This document shows, piece after piece, positions 51,458 to 61,402 of a stretch of 64,000 nt of DNA. Source of the DNA: a virus (Duplodnaviria; Heunggongvirae; Uroviricota; Caudoviricetes); the IMG/VR virus record IMGVR_UViG_2574180019_000006, one strand, 5' to 3'. Under the pieces are notes generated by a model. It worked only from the letters and a program-made list of their open reading frames with translations, searched no databases and was not told the DNA's origin. The first letter of the stretch is position 1. Each line of letters starts with the position of its first letter. The translations under genes and the position numbers were made by a program.

Positions 51458-52198
51458 ATGAGCCAAATCTTTTTCGATACCATCGACAACGACCAGTACG
51501 ACTTCATGACAGAGTGGAATACCGCTGTTATGGACAAGTGGGTCGCTGAAAACATTGGTTTGTCGCGCTGTAAAGACGAGGCTGAACTCTTCGAGACGAA
51601 GTGGTTTGATTACCGCGACATGCATCCTCTCATGGCCACCTGTCTTTTTACGGAGGCATACAAACGTCAGTACTCAAATATCATGCTGACGCACGGTCGC
51701 GAACACTTTGAAACAGCTCCGTTCACCACCGGGTTAAAACGCCTGCCTTATCAGGAGTTGTCGACTGCCAATAAAACGTCGCTATGGAAAGCACGCCAGT
51801 TTGCGGATCGCTATTGCTGCTCATACGACTACTTTATCTCCACCGTTCTTTCCGCAGCTGCACGACGGCTGTGGGACAAGCTGCCGCGCCCACAGCATTT
51901 GTGGCAGCCAGAACTGATTGAGATATTTGAAGAGAAATTAGCCAGACGCGCAACAACCCGTCTGGATGACTCTCTGGTTAGCTTTAAGCATATGGGAGAC
52001 ATGCAGTTCAACCCGATTCAGGAAAGCTATTTTGAGTGGATTCTGGAGCGTTTGCGCACCATCCCTCGCAGCAAGCGCATACGCGCAATTTTCTCCGCTA
52101 TCTGGCTAATGGAAATCGTTCCAGAGCGCCTTATTTCCGCCCACTTTCCAGAAGAACTGGAAGAAGCACGGCGGTTTATTGATCCCCTATCTAATTAA
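51458..52198 (+). CDS. hypothetical protein (about 246 aa)
   Basis: ATG at 51458 after AGGTGA; track start 51449 is GTG. Confidence 0.55.
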   Translation: MSQIFFDTIDNDQYDFMTEWNTAVMDKWVAENIGLSRCKDEAELFETKWFDYRDMHPLMATCLFTEAYKRQYSNIMLTHGREHFETAPFTTGLKRLPYQELSTANKTSLWKARQFADRYCCSYDYFISTVLSAAARRLWDKLPRPQHLWQPELIEIFEEKLARRATTRLDDSLVSFKHMGDMQFNPIQESYFEWILERLRTIPRSKRIRAIFSAIWLMEIVPERLISAHFPEELEEARRFIDPLSN

Positions 52199-52207
52199 CT
52201 AATACTA

Positions 52208-52224
52208 GAAAACAATTTGTTTAA
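52208..52224. promoter_or_regulatory. AAACAA-T-TTGTTT palindrome upstream of the replicative helicase
   Basis: gaaaacaatttgtttaa, 28 nt ahead of the 52242 ATG. Confidence 0.45.
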
Positions 52225-52241
52225 AAAACAAAGGAAAGCAC

Positions 52242-53582
52242 ATGACCGAACTTTGCCATACAGGACGCGGGCTGTCCGAAGAGTTTGATGAAGATTTCCA
52301 GAACAGACTGACGGCATATTTTTGTCGTGATCACGAGTTTCTTACTCGTGCGGGAGATCTGGTTGTGCCTAGCCAGTTTGCCAATGCGGCCAATGCCATA
52401 TTGGTTAATATGGTTTCGGGCTATTACCGTATGTACAAGAGCGCGCCCTCTTCATCTGCAATTCTGGATATGCTTAAGCGTGCGAAACGCGATAAGACTA
52501 TCCGTGAGGAACTATTCGCCGATGTTGTTGCTGCGTTTAAGCGCATTCTTGCAGAAAAATTGTCTGATACCTCGTACATGGTTGACCAGGTATCCACATT
52601 CGCAAAAAGTGTAGCGTTTGATGATGCTCTGATTAAAGCTGCTGAACTGAAAGAGAAGGGCGACTTTCAGGGGGCGATGGCAATCATGGCCAAGGTTCAG
52701 CAGATAGGCTCGAACGAAGCGACCGGAATCTATGACTACTACACCTCCGCAAGTGAGCGATTGAAAGCGCGTGAATATGAGGCTTCAGAGGAGTATGTAC
52801 CAAACAGTATTACAACTGGACTCCCTCTTCTCGATAGGTTGCTGTACCAAAAAGGCTGGGCAAAGCGCGAAATGGTGCTCTTCATGGGGTTCGCTAAATC
52901 CGGTAAATCGACCGCAATGGGTGAGTTTTCCATAAACGCAACGCTTGCTGGCTACAATGTTCTGTATCTCTCGCTGGAGGTTCACACCACCATTTTATCC
53001 GACCGTTTTGATGCAAGATTGTCGGAGACAGAAATGTCCAAGCTGGTGGAACGGCGCGATGAGGTTCATCGTAAGTTGGCAGAGTTGGGAGCCACGAAGG
53101 GGATTGGTAGTTTGTGGGTGGTTGAGCGTCCGTCAGGAAGTATGTCACCGGCAGATCTGGACCGTATGCTTAACAGCATGAAAGCCAACGGCATGGTACC
53201 TGACATGGTTGTTGTCGACTACGCAGATTTGATGCGTGCCAGTTATGACCTTCGTGATGATCGCGCCAACATTCGTAGTATCTACACCGATTTACGTGCT
53301 CTTTATGACAAGCATAACGTTGCTGGGATCACGGCATCGCAGACAAACCGTGAAGGTGGCGCGTCAGAAGTTGCCACAATGATGCACGCTGCCGACAACA
53401 TCGAAAAAGTACGTATTGCTGACCTGGTAATAACGATCAACAAAACCGAAGAAGAAGAAGCGAAAGGAGAGGCTCGTCTCTACTTTGCCGGTTCACGTAA
53501 CCAGCAGGGAGGGATCAGCATTCGCGTTAAACAAAACCTCGAACAAATGCGCTTCATTGAGCGAATCTTAGACGTTACCTAA
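52242..53582 (+). CDS. DnaB-like replicative helicase
   Basis: RecA-fold C-terminal domain with Walker A GFAKSGKST. Confidence 0.75.
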   Translation: MTELCHTGRGLSEEFDEDFQNRLTAYFCRDHEFLTRAGDLVVPSQFANAANAILVNMVSGYYRMYKSAPSSSAILDMLKRAKRDKTIREELFADVVAAFKRILAEKLSDTSYMVDQVSTFAKSVAFDDALIKAAELKEKGDFQGAMAIMAKVQQIGSNEATGIYDYYTSASERLKAREYEASEEYVPNSITTGLPLLDRLLYQKGWAKREMVLFMGFAKSGKSTAMGEFSINATLAGYNVLYLSLEVHTTILSDRFDARLSETEMSKLVERRDEVHRKLAELGATKGIGSLWVVERPSGSMSPADLDRMLNSMKANGMVPDMVVVDYADLMRASYDLRDDRANIRSIYTDLRALYDKHNVAGITASQTNREGGASEVATMMHAADNIEKVRIADLVITINKTEEEEAKGEARLYFAGSRNQQGGISIRVKQNLEQMRFIERILDVT

Positions 53583-53663
53583 AAAATAAGCGTGGAGAAC
53601 ACCTCCACGCTTGATTCATTGGTGAAACAACTTTTCTTTTGCCAAACCACAAAAGAAAAACAC

Positions 53664-54842
53664 ATGAGCCTTTATGTTATATCAACATTTAGGTTGGTCA
53701 CAATATTGCCTGTTAAAAGTGGAATTATCGTGAGCGAGCTGAAAGAGCTAATTACCGAATTAGATTTTGAACAATGGTTGGATACTGAAGGTATCGTTTA
53801 TCGACGTGGAGGCGTGAGTACTCGCGGTCGTGAAGTGAATATCAAGGAGTGTCCGGTATGTGGCAGCTCCAACTGGAAGGTATATTTCAATCTGACCAGT
53901 GGCGTCGGTAAATGCTTCGCTGGTGATCATCCCGAAGAGATTCAGTTCAATAAGCTGGTCTTCCTCAAGCACTACAGCGGCAAATCACGACGACAGTTCG
54001 AGGAATATGTGCAGAACGCCCTTCTTTCCCAGGGGTGGGCACCAAAGAAAGAAGAGCTAGTGCTTGCAAGCACAGTCGAGTTAGAGGGGCCAGTTGCACT
54101 CCCTCGTCATTACGAGCTTCCTATAGATGGTCGTCTTCCAGACTATCTGGTTGAACGAAACATATCGCCTGAAATGGCAAAGTATTTTGACCTACGATAC
54201 TGCGTCGAAGGCAAGCACGCCTATGTAGATCCGTATACAGATCAGGTTAAAGGACAGATATTCGATATGCGAATACTGATACCGGTTTACGATCTGGATG
54301 GGGTAATGAAGACATTTCAGGGACGAGACATTACCGGTACAGCAGAACGCCGCTACCTCTTTCCTATGCAACTTCCAGCTTCAGGTAAGTTTCTCTACAA
54401 CGGCCATAATGCAGTCGGCAAACAGACTGTAGTTGTCTGTGAGGGGGCGTTCGATGTTATGGGGGTTAAACGAGCTATTTTTGACGAAGAAACATTACGT
54501 GATTACGTGGAACCAATAGGAACGTTCGGGATGCATCTATCTGGTAACACCACTCAGGATGCAGAAGATCAGTTAGGCGCGTTCCTGACGCTCAAGGCGC
54601 GTGGATTACGTAATGTGATCATGATGTGGGATAGTGAAAAGCAAGCTATACGCAACACGATGGCCGCAGCCAGGCGACTGACCAGTATTGGTCTTAATGT
54701 CAAAGTGGCGTGTTTGGGCGAGGAAGGACTCGACCCGGGCGATGCAACGCCAGAGCAAATCATCAAAGCCTATTATCGGGCAAAACCGTATACCAAGCAG
54801 TTGGAGTTACAAAGCAAGGTTTTGGGCATTAAGGCTCTATGA
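53664..54842 (+). CDS. DNA primase (zinc finger plus Toprim-like)
   Basis: CPVCGSSNW...GKCFAGDH zinc ribbon and acidic VVVCEGAFDVMG; start uncertain (53664 or GTG 53730). Confidence 0.7.
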   Translation: MSLYVISTFRLVTILPVKSGIIVSELKELITELDFEQWLDTEGIVYRRGGVSTRGREVNIKECPVCGSSNWKVYFNLTSGVGKCFAGDHPEEIQFNKLVFLKHYSGKSRRQFEEYVQNALLSQGWAPKKEELVLASTVELEGPVALPRHYELPIDGRLPDYLVERNISPEMAKYFDLRYCVEGKHAYVDPYTDQVKGQIFDMRILIPVYDLDGVMKTFQGRDITGTAERRYLFPMQLPASGKFLYNGHNAVGKQTVVVCEGAFDVMGVKRAIFDEETLRDYVEPIGTFGMHLSGNTTQDAEDQLGAFLTLKARGLRNVIMMWDSEKQAIRNTMAAARRLTSIGLNVKVACLGEEGLDPGDATPEQIIKAYYRAKPYTKQLELQSKVLGIKAL

Positions 54843-54859
54843 TAACTATCACCTTTAAA

Positions 54860-54879
54860 ATAAGTAGATGATTACTTAT
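54860..54879. promoter_or_regulatory. palindrome ATAAGTA-gatgat-TACTTAT
   Basis: Same family as the 12102-12119 motif. Confidence 0.45.
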
Positions 54880-54920
54880 CTTTCTGTGAGAATACTTTCA
54901 TCTGTTAGCTAGGAGTTGGT

Positions 54921-55697
54921 ATGAAAGACGAAATTCAGAAATTAGCCTGCGACATCATTGATAAAACTGGTTTAGAAATCAGCGAGAGCAATCGGCTAGA
55001 CATCATTGAAAAAGCCGTAAAAACAGCAATGGATCATATCGCCACTCGTTTGGTCGAGATCCCGCTACCGGGGCTACCTTATCTGAAGGTTAAGTTACAC
55101 GTATGGGGTGAACCTTCTTGTGCACGACGTTCTGCATTAGTTGTTTTTATTAGCAAAGAAAACCCGCTCAGTCTTAAAGTGCAGGTTGGAGCATGGCTTG
55201 ATGGCAGAGTGATCTACACAAATACCGTTTTTTGTCTTTCAAACGACGAAACTATTGAAGCGGCCATTCAAGAAGCAGTTCTAGCAATGCGCAGCAGCGG
55301 TTTGATGAAGAATAACTACGAAGAGTACTTGCGTTCGATAAGTGGTGAAAAGACATTATCTCTGAAAGCAGATTTCGTTACCCCGAAAAATCTGTTGGAA
55401 GTCTTGCTTAATAAAGGGGCTAATGATGCCGTAAATGTAATCAGAGAGAGTGAGTATGCGTCTCTTTGCGACATGTGCAAAAGCCAGTTGGATCTGGTGC
55501 ATATCGTTATTGATGCTGGGAAGGCATGTGATGGCGTAATGGCGGAGTTTGCTGGGAAGATGGTCAGGATTGCTAATGAATTACCGATGATAGAGCAAGA
55601 GGCTAAATCATACGCCACCAATCATGTCACAGAGCTTCTTGTCCCCTATCGCTTAGAAAGCGATCAGCGCAAGATGATTAGCTGGGGAAGTTGGTAA
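54921..55697 (+). CDS. hypothetical protein (258 aa)
   Basis: ORF with RBS; no motif. Confidence 0.5.
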   Translation: MKDEIQKLACDIIDKTGLEISESNRLDIIEKAVKTAMDHIATRLVEIPLPGLPYLKVKLHVWGEPSCARRSALVVFISKENPLSLKVQVGAWLDGRVIYTNTVFCLSNDETIEAAIQEAVLAMRSSGLMKNNYEEYLRSISGEKTLSLKADFVTPKNLLEVLLNKGANDAVNVIRESEYASLCDMCKSQLDLVHIVIDAGKACDGVMAEFAGKMVRIANELPMIEQEAKSYATNHVTELLVPYRLESDQRKMISWGSW

Positions 55698-55752
55698 GCT
55701 CTCAGTGTGTCGTTTTTTACGCAAATAATGATAGGTAAGCACAAGATTATTT

Positions 55753-56235
55753 TTGGCGGTAATTGTGAAAGCTGATTTGTCAAAAATCCCCTCTATTTCA
55801 GGAAATAATGGTTATTCACTTCGTTGTGAGGAAGTAAAGATAAACGGTGAGTCGGCATATTGCAGCTACTCCGTTTGCCAGCACACCATTCTTGCCTTCA
55901 AAGAAAACCGTCTTCCTCGAACTTCATTCCAGTCGTGCGCAACCGCTATCAAAGCAGGCAAATGCAAGGCGTTAAAAATGATGGTTGAAGAGATTCGTAA
56001 AGGAGAATCTCTGTATTTCGAAGATATGACCGCGCTCATTAAGGAGGTTGAAGAACGGAATAAACAAGCCAGAACTTTAAAACGAAAACGTGACAGTGTA
56101 ACGATTAATAGCATGGTTAAGAAGAGCACCACATCACAAACAGCGATCACTGACGTGTATGCGGCGTTGCTTGAAGAAACAACAAAAGAAACACATGGGC
56201 AAATCGATCAACATATGGAGGTAAAACAACAATGA
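55753..56235 (+). CDS. hypothetical protein
   Basis: ORF; start uncertain (TTG 55753 or GTG 55756). Confidence 0.45.
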   Translation: MAVIVKADLSKIPSISGNNGYSLRCEEVKINGESAYCSYSVCQHTILAFKENRLPRTSFQSCATAIKAGKCKALKMMVEEIRKGESLYFEDMTALIKEVEERNKQARTLKRKRDSVTINSMVKKSTTSQTAITDVYAALLEETTKETHGQIDQHMEVKQQ

Positions 56236-57554
56236 AAAAGTTGATCGCACTTAAACATAAGCTGGACGAAATGAAAGCTATGGGAACCAATGCAAAAAAA
56301 GAGGCATTGGCCAACATGGATGACTTTGAACAAAGCATGGTTTCATTGATGCTCAACCCTTTCATCCGTTTTGGGGTAAAGAAATACAAAGTGGCAGAGC
56401 CGCTTAGTGAGTCCATCCCAAGTGACGAAAAAGCCATTGATGTACTGAATAAGCTGGCCTCTCGCGAGCTAACGGGGAACGCAGCAATAACAGCTGTTGA
56501 GTCTATCGTGGCGTCAATGTGCGCCGATGGGCAGGACGTGTTCCGTCGTTTCCTCTTAAAAGACCCGAAAGCAGGTGTTGGGATTAGCCTATGCAACAAG
56601 GTTTTTGAAAATCCCATTCCGAAATTCGAGGTGCAGCTGGCGTCACCGTATAAAGAAAAAGGCGACAAATACCCCTTCAAGCCAAATCCTAAAGCAAAAT
56701 GGCCGATGATTGGCAGTCTTAAGCTCGATGGTTTGCGAGTAATTTGCGAGGTTATTGTTGACGAGGAAGAGGTTAACTTCCTTTCTCGTACTGGTAATCC
56801 AATCACGTCTCTCGATCACCTAAAGCCAGCAATGCTCGAATTAGGCAAACTTTCAGGCCACAAACACATCTTCTTCGATGGTGAAGGAACTGCCGGTTCA
56901 TTTAACCAGTCCGTATCTGCATTGCGCAAAAAGAACGTGCAGGCAATTGGCGCTATTTATCATGTTTTCGACTTCTTCCTACCGGAATGGCGAGCACAGG
57001 CTAAATCCAAAGAGTATGCAAAGACAGGTATGAAGCTGAAAGAGCGCCTGGCTATTCTCGTGGCGTTGTTCAAAAACGATCGCAGTGAAGGCTACACACA
57101 AGACATTCACCTGCATCCGTTCTATATCATCCATAGCCACGAAGACTTCATCGAACGCTTCATGAAACGCCTGGACGATAACGAAGAAGGGGAGATGGGC
57201 AAAGATCCGAACTCTGTTTACGAGTTTAAACGTACCCGCAGCTGGTGGAAGTTAAAAGACGAAGATTCAGAAGATGGTGAAATTATCGACTTTGAGCCGG
57301 GCGACCCGGACTCTGGTTTTGCCAACACACTTGGAAAAATTGTTATTCGTCTTGAAAACGGCGTCATCGTTCGTGCGAGCGGCATTAAGCATAAATATCT
57401 GGATGAGATCTGGAACAACAAAGAGAAGTACCGTGGTCGTATTGTCGAGGTTCATTGTCACGAGAAAACACCGGACGGCAGCTTACGCCACCCACGACTG
57501 AAATGGCCGCGTTGCTTACGCGATACAGAAGATCGAATCGGAGATAAAGAATGA
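56232..57554 (+). CDS. ATP-dependent DNA ligase
   Basis: Motif I KxDG (SLKLDGLR). Confidence 0.7.
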   Translation: MKKLIALKHKLDEMKAMGTNAKKEALANMDDFEQSMVSLMLNPFIRFGVKKYKVAEPLSESIPSDEKAIDVLNKLASRELTGNAAITAVESIVASMCADGQDVFRRFLLKDPKAGVGISLCNKVFENPIPKFEVQLASPYKEKGDKYPFKPNPKAKWPMIGSLKLDGLRVICEVIVDEEEVNFLSRTGNPITSLDHLKPAMLELGKLSGHKHIFFDGEGTAGSFNQSVSALRKKNVQAIGAIYHVFDFFLPEWRAQAKSKEYAKTGMKLKERLAILVALFKNDRSEGYTQDIHLHPFYIIHSHEDFIERFMKRLDDNEEGEMGKDPNSVYEFKRTRSWWKLKDEDSEDGEIIDFEPGDPDSGFANTLGKIVIRLENGVIVRASGIKHKYLDEIWNNKEKYRGRIVEVHCHEKTPDGSLRHPRLKWPRCLRDTEDRIGDKE

Positions 57555-57730
57555 TGCTCGGCTGGATGATTGCATTTTTAGCAGTTGGTTTTTTCATAGG
57601 TATTGTGGTGATGTCCAGTTGCATCAATGACTACATTAAAAGCGGTGTTATAGAAAGACGCGGTCGTATTTATCGCATTGTAGAAATAACCAACACCCTG
57701 AAGGAGATTAAGGATGATCGTATTAAGTAA
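57551..57730 (+). CDS. small membrane protein (59 aa)
   Basis: Hand-translated; ATG overlaps the ligase stop; TM helix then GRIYRIVEIT. Confidence 0.35.
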   Translation: MMLGWMIAFLAVGFFIGIVVMSSCINDYIKSGVIERRGRIYRIVEITNTLKEIKDDRIK

Positions 57731-57929
57731 ACGGGAGAAGGAAACGCTTCATGAAATCAGTAAGTGGCCGGAGTTCCCTGAGTACTGGAAGCCTAAAACG
57801 CGAGCTAAGTTAGAGCGTTTAGGGTTGGTTGCAAACGTTTCTGAAACGTGGTGTTCGGCCAACTACCAGTTAACTGATAAAGGGAAAGTATTGCTACAGC
57901 AATTAGTAGAATCAGGAGCGTTAAAATGA
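57714..57929 (+). CDS. hypothetical protein (71 aa)
   Basis: ATG with AAGGAG RBS. Confidence 0.45.
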   Translation: MIVLSKREKETLHEISKWPEFPEYWKPKTRAKLERLGLVANVSETWCSANYQLTDKGKVLLQQLVESGALK

Positions 57930-58078
57930 TTCCATACATCTCATTAGCTTTTATGGGTGGCTTCCTTATCGGCTTCGGCATCTGTCGTGATTTAATTAAG
58001 CAGGAACTTAAAACCAAAACACTGTGCATCGGAAAGCGTGTGTATCGGGTAGTTCATGAAACAAAGGTGAAAAAATGA
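57926..58078 (+). CDS. small membrane protein (50 aa), paralogous to 57551-57730
   Basis: Hand-translated; TM helix then KRVYRVVHET. Confidence 0.35.
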   Translation: MIPYISLAFMGGFLIGFGICRDLIKQELKTKTLCIGKRVYRVVHETKVKK

Positions 58079-58365
58079 GCAATTTAACTTCTTGGGAATG
58101 GTGGTTGGCCACCTATTTCTTAGCGGCCGGAGTCGCATTCGCCTTTTACGTAGGTCAGTTAGTCGTAAAACTGTTGCTGATTAAATTTGCTAGTCATAAA
58201 CGTATCGATGATGGTCTGTGGCGTCTTGGCACCCTGGTGGAAACTCGCTACGGGCAACTTAAGGAGAACGAAACCATTACTATCCAAGCGAAACGATTCA
58301 CTGCCACCATTACAAGAACACCTAGTCGTAGAGTGGCCTTGATCAAAAAAGTCACAACCGAATAA
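58075..58365 (+). CDS. membrane protein (96 aa)
   Basis: ATG overlapping the upstream stop; N-terminal TM helix. Confidence 0.45.
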   Translation: MSNLTSWEWWLATYFLAAGVAFAFYVGQLVVKLLLIKFASHKRIDDGLWRLGTLVETRYGQLKENETITIQAKRFTATITRTPSRRVALIKKVTTE

Positions 58366-59141
58366 AAACATATTGATAAGTATTTACTTACTTATCTTTT
58401 GTGTATAAGATGACTTTGTTTTCGTTGAGACGCGACTGTTTGAACTTAAATACAAGTGCAAACGAAGAAGTCTATCTGGCAGTAGCCTAATAAGCCAAAC
58501 ACCAGCGAGGTCAGTTTCCAGCCTCGTTACCGAAATGGGACACACTGAGCGAGTGTGATTGCAGAACGCAGGAGGGAACATGAATGTTCCCTCCGATGAA
58601 GTAACAGAATGGGCGGTTGGTATATTTTCAACTCCATATGACTCCCGGATTCTTAGCCACTGACCGCCCATCCTGTTACGTCATTTTGTTCAATTATGTC
58701 GTTTATACTGGGTTAAAAAGCGGCGACGTAGCCCGGCTGGTATGGTTAGCCAGCACACAACGTTGAGGCCATTACATTTTTATCAATTCTAAGGTTCTAT
58801 TCACAGAGATACCGGCGAGCGTTGATATGTAACATGTTGGGCAAACATTCAATCGGAGTAGTGGCCTCAACGTTGTGAAGACAGGATTGTTGTGTAGGTT
58901 TAACCACTGTTGCCATTGGTGCCTGTTTTCACAACAAATGATTCCATACATCACATTGTATAAATTACAAAGTAGGTGCTGTCCTCAGAAACATCATCTA
59001 CTTAAAGATTTAGCCTTCTATTGAGCGAAGTCGAAAACGTCTGGCACTAACGAAAAGTGCAAGTAGCGGTGCGTTTCCTGGCAGAAACTAACACCGCCGC
59101 GATTGGCACTGTTGAGTAATAAATACTGTCAGTGCTGAATT

Positions 59142-59216
59142 GATGGTGTAGCTCAGCGGTAGAGCAGTTGGCTGTTAACCAACTGGTCGGTGGTTCGAAT
59201 CCACCCACCATCGCCA
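59142..59216 (+). tRNA. tRNA-Asn (anticodon GTT)
   Basis: Cloverleaf folded by hand: 7-bp acceptor GATGGTG/CACCATC, anticodon loop CTGTTAA, T loop TTCGAAT, encoded CCA. Confidence 0.85.
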
Positions 59217-59218
59217 AT

Positions 59219-59294
59219 GCCGGTTTAGCTCAGTTGGTAGAGCGCCTGCCTTGTAAGCAGGATGTCAGCGGTTCGATCCCGTTAACCGGCACCA
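59219..59294 (+). tRNA. tRNA-Thr (anticodon TGT)
   Basis: Acceptor GCCGGTT/AACCGGC, anticodon stem CCTGC/GCAGG with loop CTTGTAA, T loop TTCGATC, encoded CCA. Confidence 0.85.
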
Positions 59295-59614
59295 ACACAA
59301 CAGGTAAGAGCATTGGGCGAATCGGCGATACTGACCCACAAGGCCGTAAATCGATAGAGTCAGACCAGTGCTCTTACCGTTGTGAGGAAGTGCAGCTCTT
59401 TGAAGCAACCAGAAGATAAGCATCTGGCTTCACAACACAACGATAAGATCATTACGGTTAATCGTCGTTCATGTGCACAATGACTGGTCGAAAGGTAGTG
59501 ATCTTACCGTTGTGATGAATGCACAGGCTGATGTGCCGCAACTACAGTAGTGCGCGCTTTGCGGGGCTTGCTACAACCCTGTGTCGGAGTTCAGCACCGA
59601 CCATCACAATAGCT

Positions 59615-59701
59615 GGAGAGTAGGGAGCATGGTGCTCAAGCGGTCTTGAAAACCGTCCCATTGCGCAAGCGATGATGGTTCGATTCCATTACTCTCCGCC
59701 A
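59615..59701 (+). tRNA. tRNA-Ser (anticodon TGA), class II with long variable arm
   Basis: Acceptor GGAGAGT/ACTCTCC, anticodon arm CGGT-CTTGAAA-ACCG close to the E. coli tRNA-Ser arm I recall, T loop TTCGATT; D-arm is irregular. Confidence 0.6.
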
Positions 59702-59850
59702 GACACAGCGTTGAGCGGTTTGGCCTTTTAATCAACTCGATTAAGACTCCGCTAACATAAACCAGACCGCTCAACGCTGTGATAGACAATTACGGCAGAC
59801 GTTCTTAACCATAGCTTGCTAACATCCTAGCAACACTTTTTTCAGCGCAA

Positions 59851-59878
59851 AATCCAAAGGGGCTTCGGCCCCTTTTTT
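59851..59878. terminator. terminator hairpin flanked by A and T runs
   Basis: aaaggggc-ttcg-gcccctttttt at the 3' end of the minus-strand gene 59881-60771. Confidence 0.6.
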
Positions 59879-59880
59879 GG

Positions 59881-60771
59881 TTACTGATTATCTAGGTATG
59901 CTGTTAACTCATTTTTAATGATCAGTGAATATTCTAAAATCTCACCTAGTAAATACTCTGCTTTTTTAAAATGCCACCCCATAGAGCCTAATTTTTCTGA
60001 AGGTCTTTCTAACAACATTATAATATCGCTGTCTTGCTCTTTGGCAATGTATTGTCTTATTTCTCTCTCCCAATTATTTCTTGTCTTTCCACTTATTGAT
60101 GATTCATCCAAAACTTTGTTTATAAACTTTTCCGTGTCGGCGAACTTTCCTGCATTATGCACAATTGTATGTCTTAGCAACTCAATTAGAGTGATCTCGA
60201 AACGATAGTTTTTACCTATCTTGTTATTTATTTCTACGTCTCTGAAATTGGGTAATTTTCTTCTAAATACTTTCAGGAATGTTTTTAGTGATTTATTTTT
60301 TATCGCCTCGTAATAGGTTTCCATAGCTCCATTTTTATCAATCTGAACCTTTGGAAATTCACTAGGTGACCAAAAATGGTAATGTATGCTCACTGTATGG
60401 GCATATATTTTCTTAATATAATCTTCAAACAATTCAAAAGCTTCAGTTATAACCCATTGATATTGTTTGTTTTTTAACGCTTCGCATAATTTTATCTTCT
60501 CTGAGATATCTATTGTGCTATGCCCAATTCCAAATGTTGAACCTGTATATGGATTTGAGCATGTATGGTTTGTTAACGTTGTCCCGCATGTTATTGGGGG
60601 GGTATTATTAGCATCTAGAGTTTGTGCGTTTTCAAGTGTATGCTTAAATCGCTTTATGTTGTCTTTCGTTGTAACATTTATATGACCTAACAAGTCACAA
60701 CGCAAAATTATTTCGTTTCTTAATTCAGTGAATATGTTTTCAACAAAAGAACCTAGCGGGTTTTCAATCAT
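59881..60771 (-). CDS. hypothetical protein (296 aa), possibly HEPN-like
   Basis: AT-rich compared with flanking DNA; single Rx4H motif (LLRHTIVHNAG); no recombinase motifs. Confidence 0.5.
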   Translation of the reverse strand: MIENPLGSFVENIFTELRNEIILRCDLLGHINVTTKDNIKRFKHTLENAQTLDANNTPPITCGTTLTNHTCSNPYTGSTFGIGHSTIDISEKIKLCEALKNKQYQWVITEAFELFEDYIKKIYAHTVSIHYHFWSPSEFPKVQIDKNGAMETYYEAIKNKSLKTFLKVFRRKLPNFRDVEINNKIGKNYRFEITLIELLRHTIVHNAGKFADTEKFINKVLDESSISGKTRNNWEREIRQYIAKEQDSDIIMLLERPSEKLGSMGWHFKKAEYLLGEILEYSLIIKNELTAYLDNQ

Positions 60772-60946
60772 CTAAACCTCAACGAAAATCTTACCTATAA
60801 GACAGTCCTTAATGTAATCTATTTTCTCCACTACTTCAAATTACCTCACAATCTACCGATAGGTGACTACCTACTTACATACAAAGTTGATTTATAGTAT
60901 AGTCCCTCTGTTGCGTATTAGTATTTTTAAAGGCATTTGTTAAGTT

Positions 60947-61192
60947 ATGACGATCACTATCTACGGACGAGATAACTGCTCATACTGCAAACGTGCGGTC
61001 GAGCTGGCGAAGCAACTAAAGGGACATGGCTACGGTGATTATGAGTACATCGACATCACCACTGCCGGTATCGACAAGGAAAAACTAAGTGAAATTGTTG
61101 GTAAACCGGTAGAGACTATCCCCCAGGTGCTGATCGATGGCCAGCCGATTGGCGGATACACAGAACTGGCTGCATACGTCAGCACCCTCTGA
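60947..61192 (+). CDS. glutaredoxin
   Basis: CSYC active site in an 81-aa thioredoxin-fold-sized protein. Confidence 0.8.
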   Translation: MTITIYGRDNCSYCKRAVELAKQLKGHGYGDYEYIDITTAGIDKEKLSEIVGKPVETIPQVLIDGQPIGGYTELAAYVSTL

Positions 61193-61195
61193 TTT

Positions 61196-61225
61196 TAACG
61201 GCTCACAGGAGCCGTTTTTATTCCC
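61196..61225 (+). terminator. rho-independent terminator
   Basis: acggctc-acag-gagccgt then ttttatt. Confidence 0.55.
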
Positions 61226-61402
61226 ACCAAACTCACTCCCATTTCCCTTAAAATTCAAAAAACAACGTCAAAATGATTCCATACCTACTATGTATGGAAT
61301 CATTGCTGAAAATGAGTTACTTTTACTCTTGATCCTATAAGAATCTATGCCTAATATACTGTTTACTTATACAGTACATCGGCGTAACTCGGTGATTGTC
61401 AT

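Noticed and set aside
53592-53663. Primase start at the track ATG 53592
   Set aside because: That ATG lies inside the terminator-like hairpin after the helicase gene (agcgtggag-aacac-ctccacgct); a downstream start is more plausible.
59168-59419. Track ORF overlapping tRNA-Asn and tRNA-Thr
   Set aside because: Region folds into two canonical tRNAs; the ORF is coincidental.
59881-60771. Integrase call for the 296-aa gene next to the tRNAs
   Set aside because: No R..HxxR..Y catalytic pattern; the recombinase is the separate gene at 61403-62506.
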